Shown: one piece after another, positions 63,148 through 64,000 of the stretch
Layout of the letters: every line of letters starts with the position of its first letter
How positions within the stretch are numbered: the stretch's first letter is position 1
NCBI RefSeq assembly: GCF_902461185.1
Contig: NZ_CABPXD010000013.1
Source: an uncultured Haemophilus sp.
Lineage (GTDB): Bacteria; Pseudomonadota; Gammaproteobacteria; Enterobacterales; Pasteurellaceae
Direction: 5' to 3' (one strand)
Length of the DNA: 64,000 nt
The notes under the pieces: generated by a model
What the model saw: the letters and a program-made list of their open reading frames with translations, nothing else
Told to the model about the DNA's origin: nothing
Databases searched by the model: none
Program-made: the position numbers and the translations under genes

Positions 63148-64000
63148 TTAAGAAAATAGCCGCTTAAGCTCTTTCTCATACATATAAATATTAACTGGAT
63201 TAGTTGGCAGCTGAGAATCTAAATAGTCATTTGCACGTTTAACATATTCTTCATGAAGTTTATCATGATTATCGATTACATCCAGTAATACTTTTGCACC
63301 TTCAAAAGCATCAAATTGGTCATAATAATATCCAACACCTTTAGGAATTAGTTTTGAGTTATGAATAAATGGATATCCTCCGTATAATGCATCATTATAA
63401 GCATAATTTAAGCCATTTTCCCATTGATGACTTAACACTATATCTACATAACGTGTTAAAAAATCAGGCATTTGATAACGACCTTCTACAGTCATGACTC
63501 CGTCGTTGACCAAATTTGTTCGGCCAATAAAGTTAAAGAAGGTTAGATTATCTTTTTTATCATAGGTATTACACATATAAACATGTTGAATTTTATTTGG
63601 CTGTTCGCGGTAGGCTTGTTCTGCAATCAAAATAGGTGTAAAGCTATTTTTAACTACATTAATATTTGCTTCAAAAGATGCTATACGCTTTGCCTTTTTA
63701 TCTGAATTGGGTTTATACCCAAAATCTAAATTATGTTGTTCTTTAATACGCTTAATGACTTGATCACAAAAGACTGGCGACCAAATGGGAGGGACAACAT
63801 AAGATGGGCAACGATACATAATTGAGAAATAAGATTTACAAGTATTTTCATGTTGTGGGATCATCCATACCGCATCGAATGTTGTTCCATTAAATACTCT
63901 CCCAGCCTTTTTATCAAATAAGAAATTTTCTATATCCATAATAAAATCATTTCCCATTTTGTAGCTAACTACTTTACCTCCATGTTCATGCATGCGAGTT
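63148..64000 (-). CDS. DUF2827-like protein (glycosyltransferase-like, function unknown); the 5' end probably lies beyond the window
   Basis: ORF 63148..63993. The frame stays open to position 64000 (..T R M H E H). The gene is AT-richer than its neighbours by eye. The family assignment is from memory of DUF2827-type sequences and is tentative. Confidence 0.45.
   Translation of the reverse strand, partial: TRMHEHGGKVVSYKMGNDFIMDIENFLFDKKAGRVFNGTTFDAVWMIPQHENTCKSYFSIMYRCPSYVVPPIWSPVFCDQVIKRIKEQHNLDFGYKPNSDKKAKRIASFEANINVVKNSFTPILIAEQAYREQPNKIQHVYMCNTYDKKDNLTFFNFIGRTNLVNDGVMTVEGRYQMPDFLTRYVDIVLSHQWENGLNYAYNDALYGGYPFIHNSKLIPKGVGYYYDQFDAFEGAKVLLDVIDNHDKLHEEYVKRANDYLDSQLPTNPVNIYMYEKELKRLFS

Overview
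This 64-kb chromosomal segment looks like a Pasteurellaceae genome. It carries dozens of Hin-type uptake signal sequences (AAGTGCGGT / ACCGCACTT), many as inverted pairs that double as terminators, and it is moderately AT-rich by eye.

Gene content, left to right:
- wecA (partial), hemL, glnD, map, erpA, a yacL-like gene and mrcB.
- An 8-gene FTR1/P19 periplasmic iron-uptake locus: FTR1 permease, P19, a DUF2318-like membrane protein, two FtsX-type permeases, an ABC ATPase, a TlpA-like thioredoxin and a monohaem cytochrome c.
- A lipoprotein and an orphan ATP-grasp gene.
- A dihaem cytochrome c peroxidase gene, then a Fur-boxed FecBCD-type ABC importer operon that ends in a pseudoazurin gene.
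- mltB, then a 4-gene LOS/LPS glycosyltransferase plus Wzy-like cassette.
- An untracked 26-codon membrane ORF divergent from purR, then ppc and an HI1450-type DNA-mimic gene.
- A block of about 24 kb for nickel, hydrogen and formate: hypE-D-B-A, MerR-type nimR, nikKLMQO, selenocysteine fdhF, hycI, hyfJIHGFEDCBA and hypC-hypF.
- lysO, a DAHP synthase, degQ/htrA, uvrB, and an AT-rich DUF2827-like gene that runs off the right edge.

I saw no rRNA, tRNA, CRISPR array, transposase, integrase or phage genes, and no obvious defence system.

The most interesting signals are regulatory or architectural:
- A 19-bp CRP/FNR-family dyad, 18/19 identical, sits upstream of both the FTR1/P19 operon and hyfA.
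- A TTAGAAT-N5-ATTCT dyad is shared by the hypB and fdhF upstream regions.
- A metal-chelate-type ABC importer is translationally packed with a pseudoazurin and lies next to a dihaem peroxidase.
- A DARS1-like trio of DnaA boxes lies upstream of uvrB.
- A NimR-type 19-bp-spacer promoter drives the nickel importer.
- The P19 locus ends in a c-type cytochrome.

All functional calls rest on reading the translated ORFs and motifs by eye. No database search was run.
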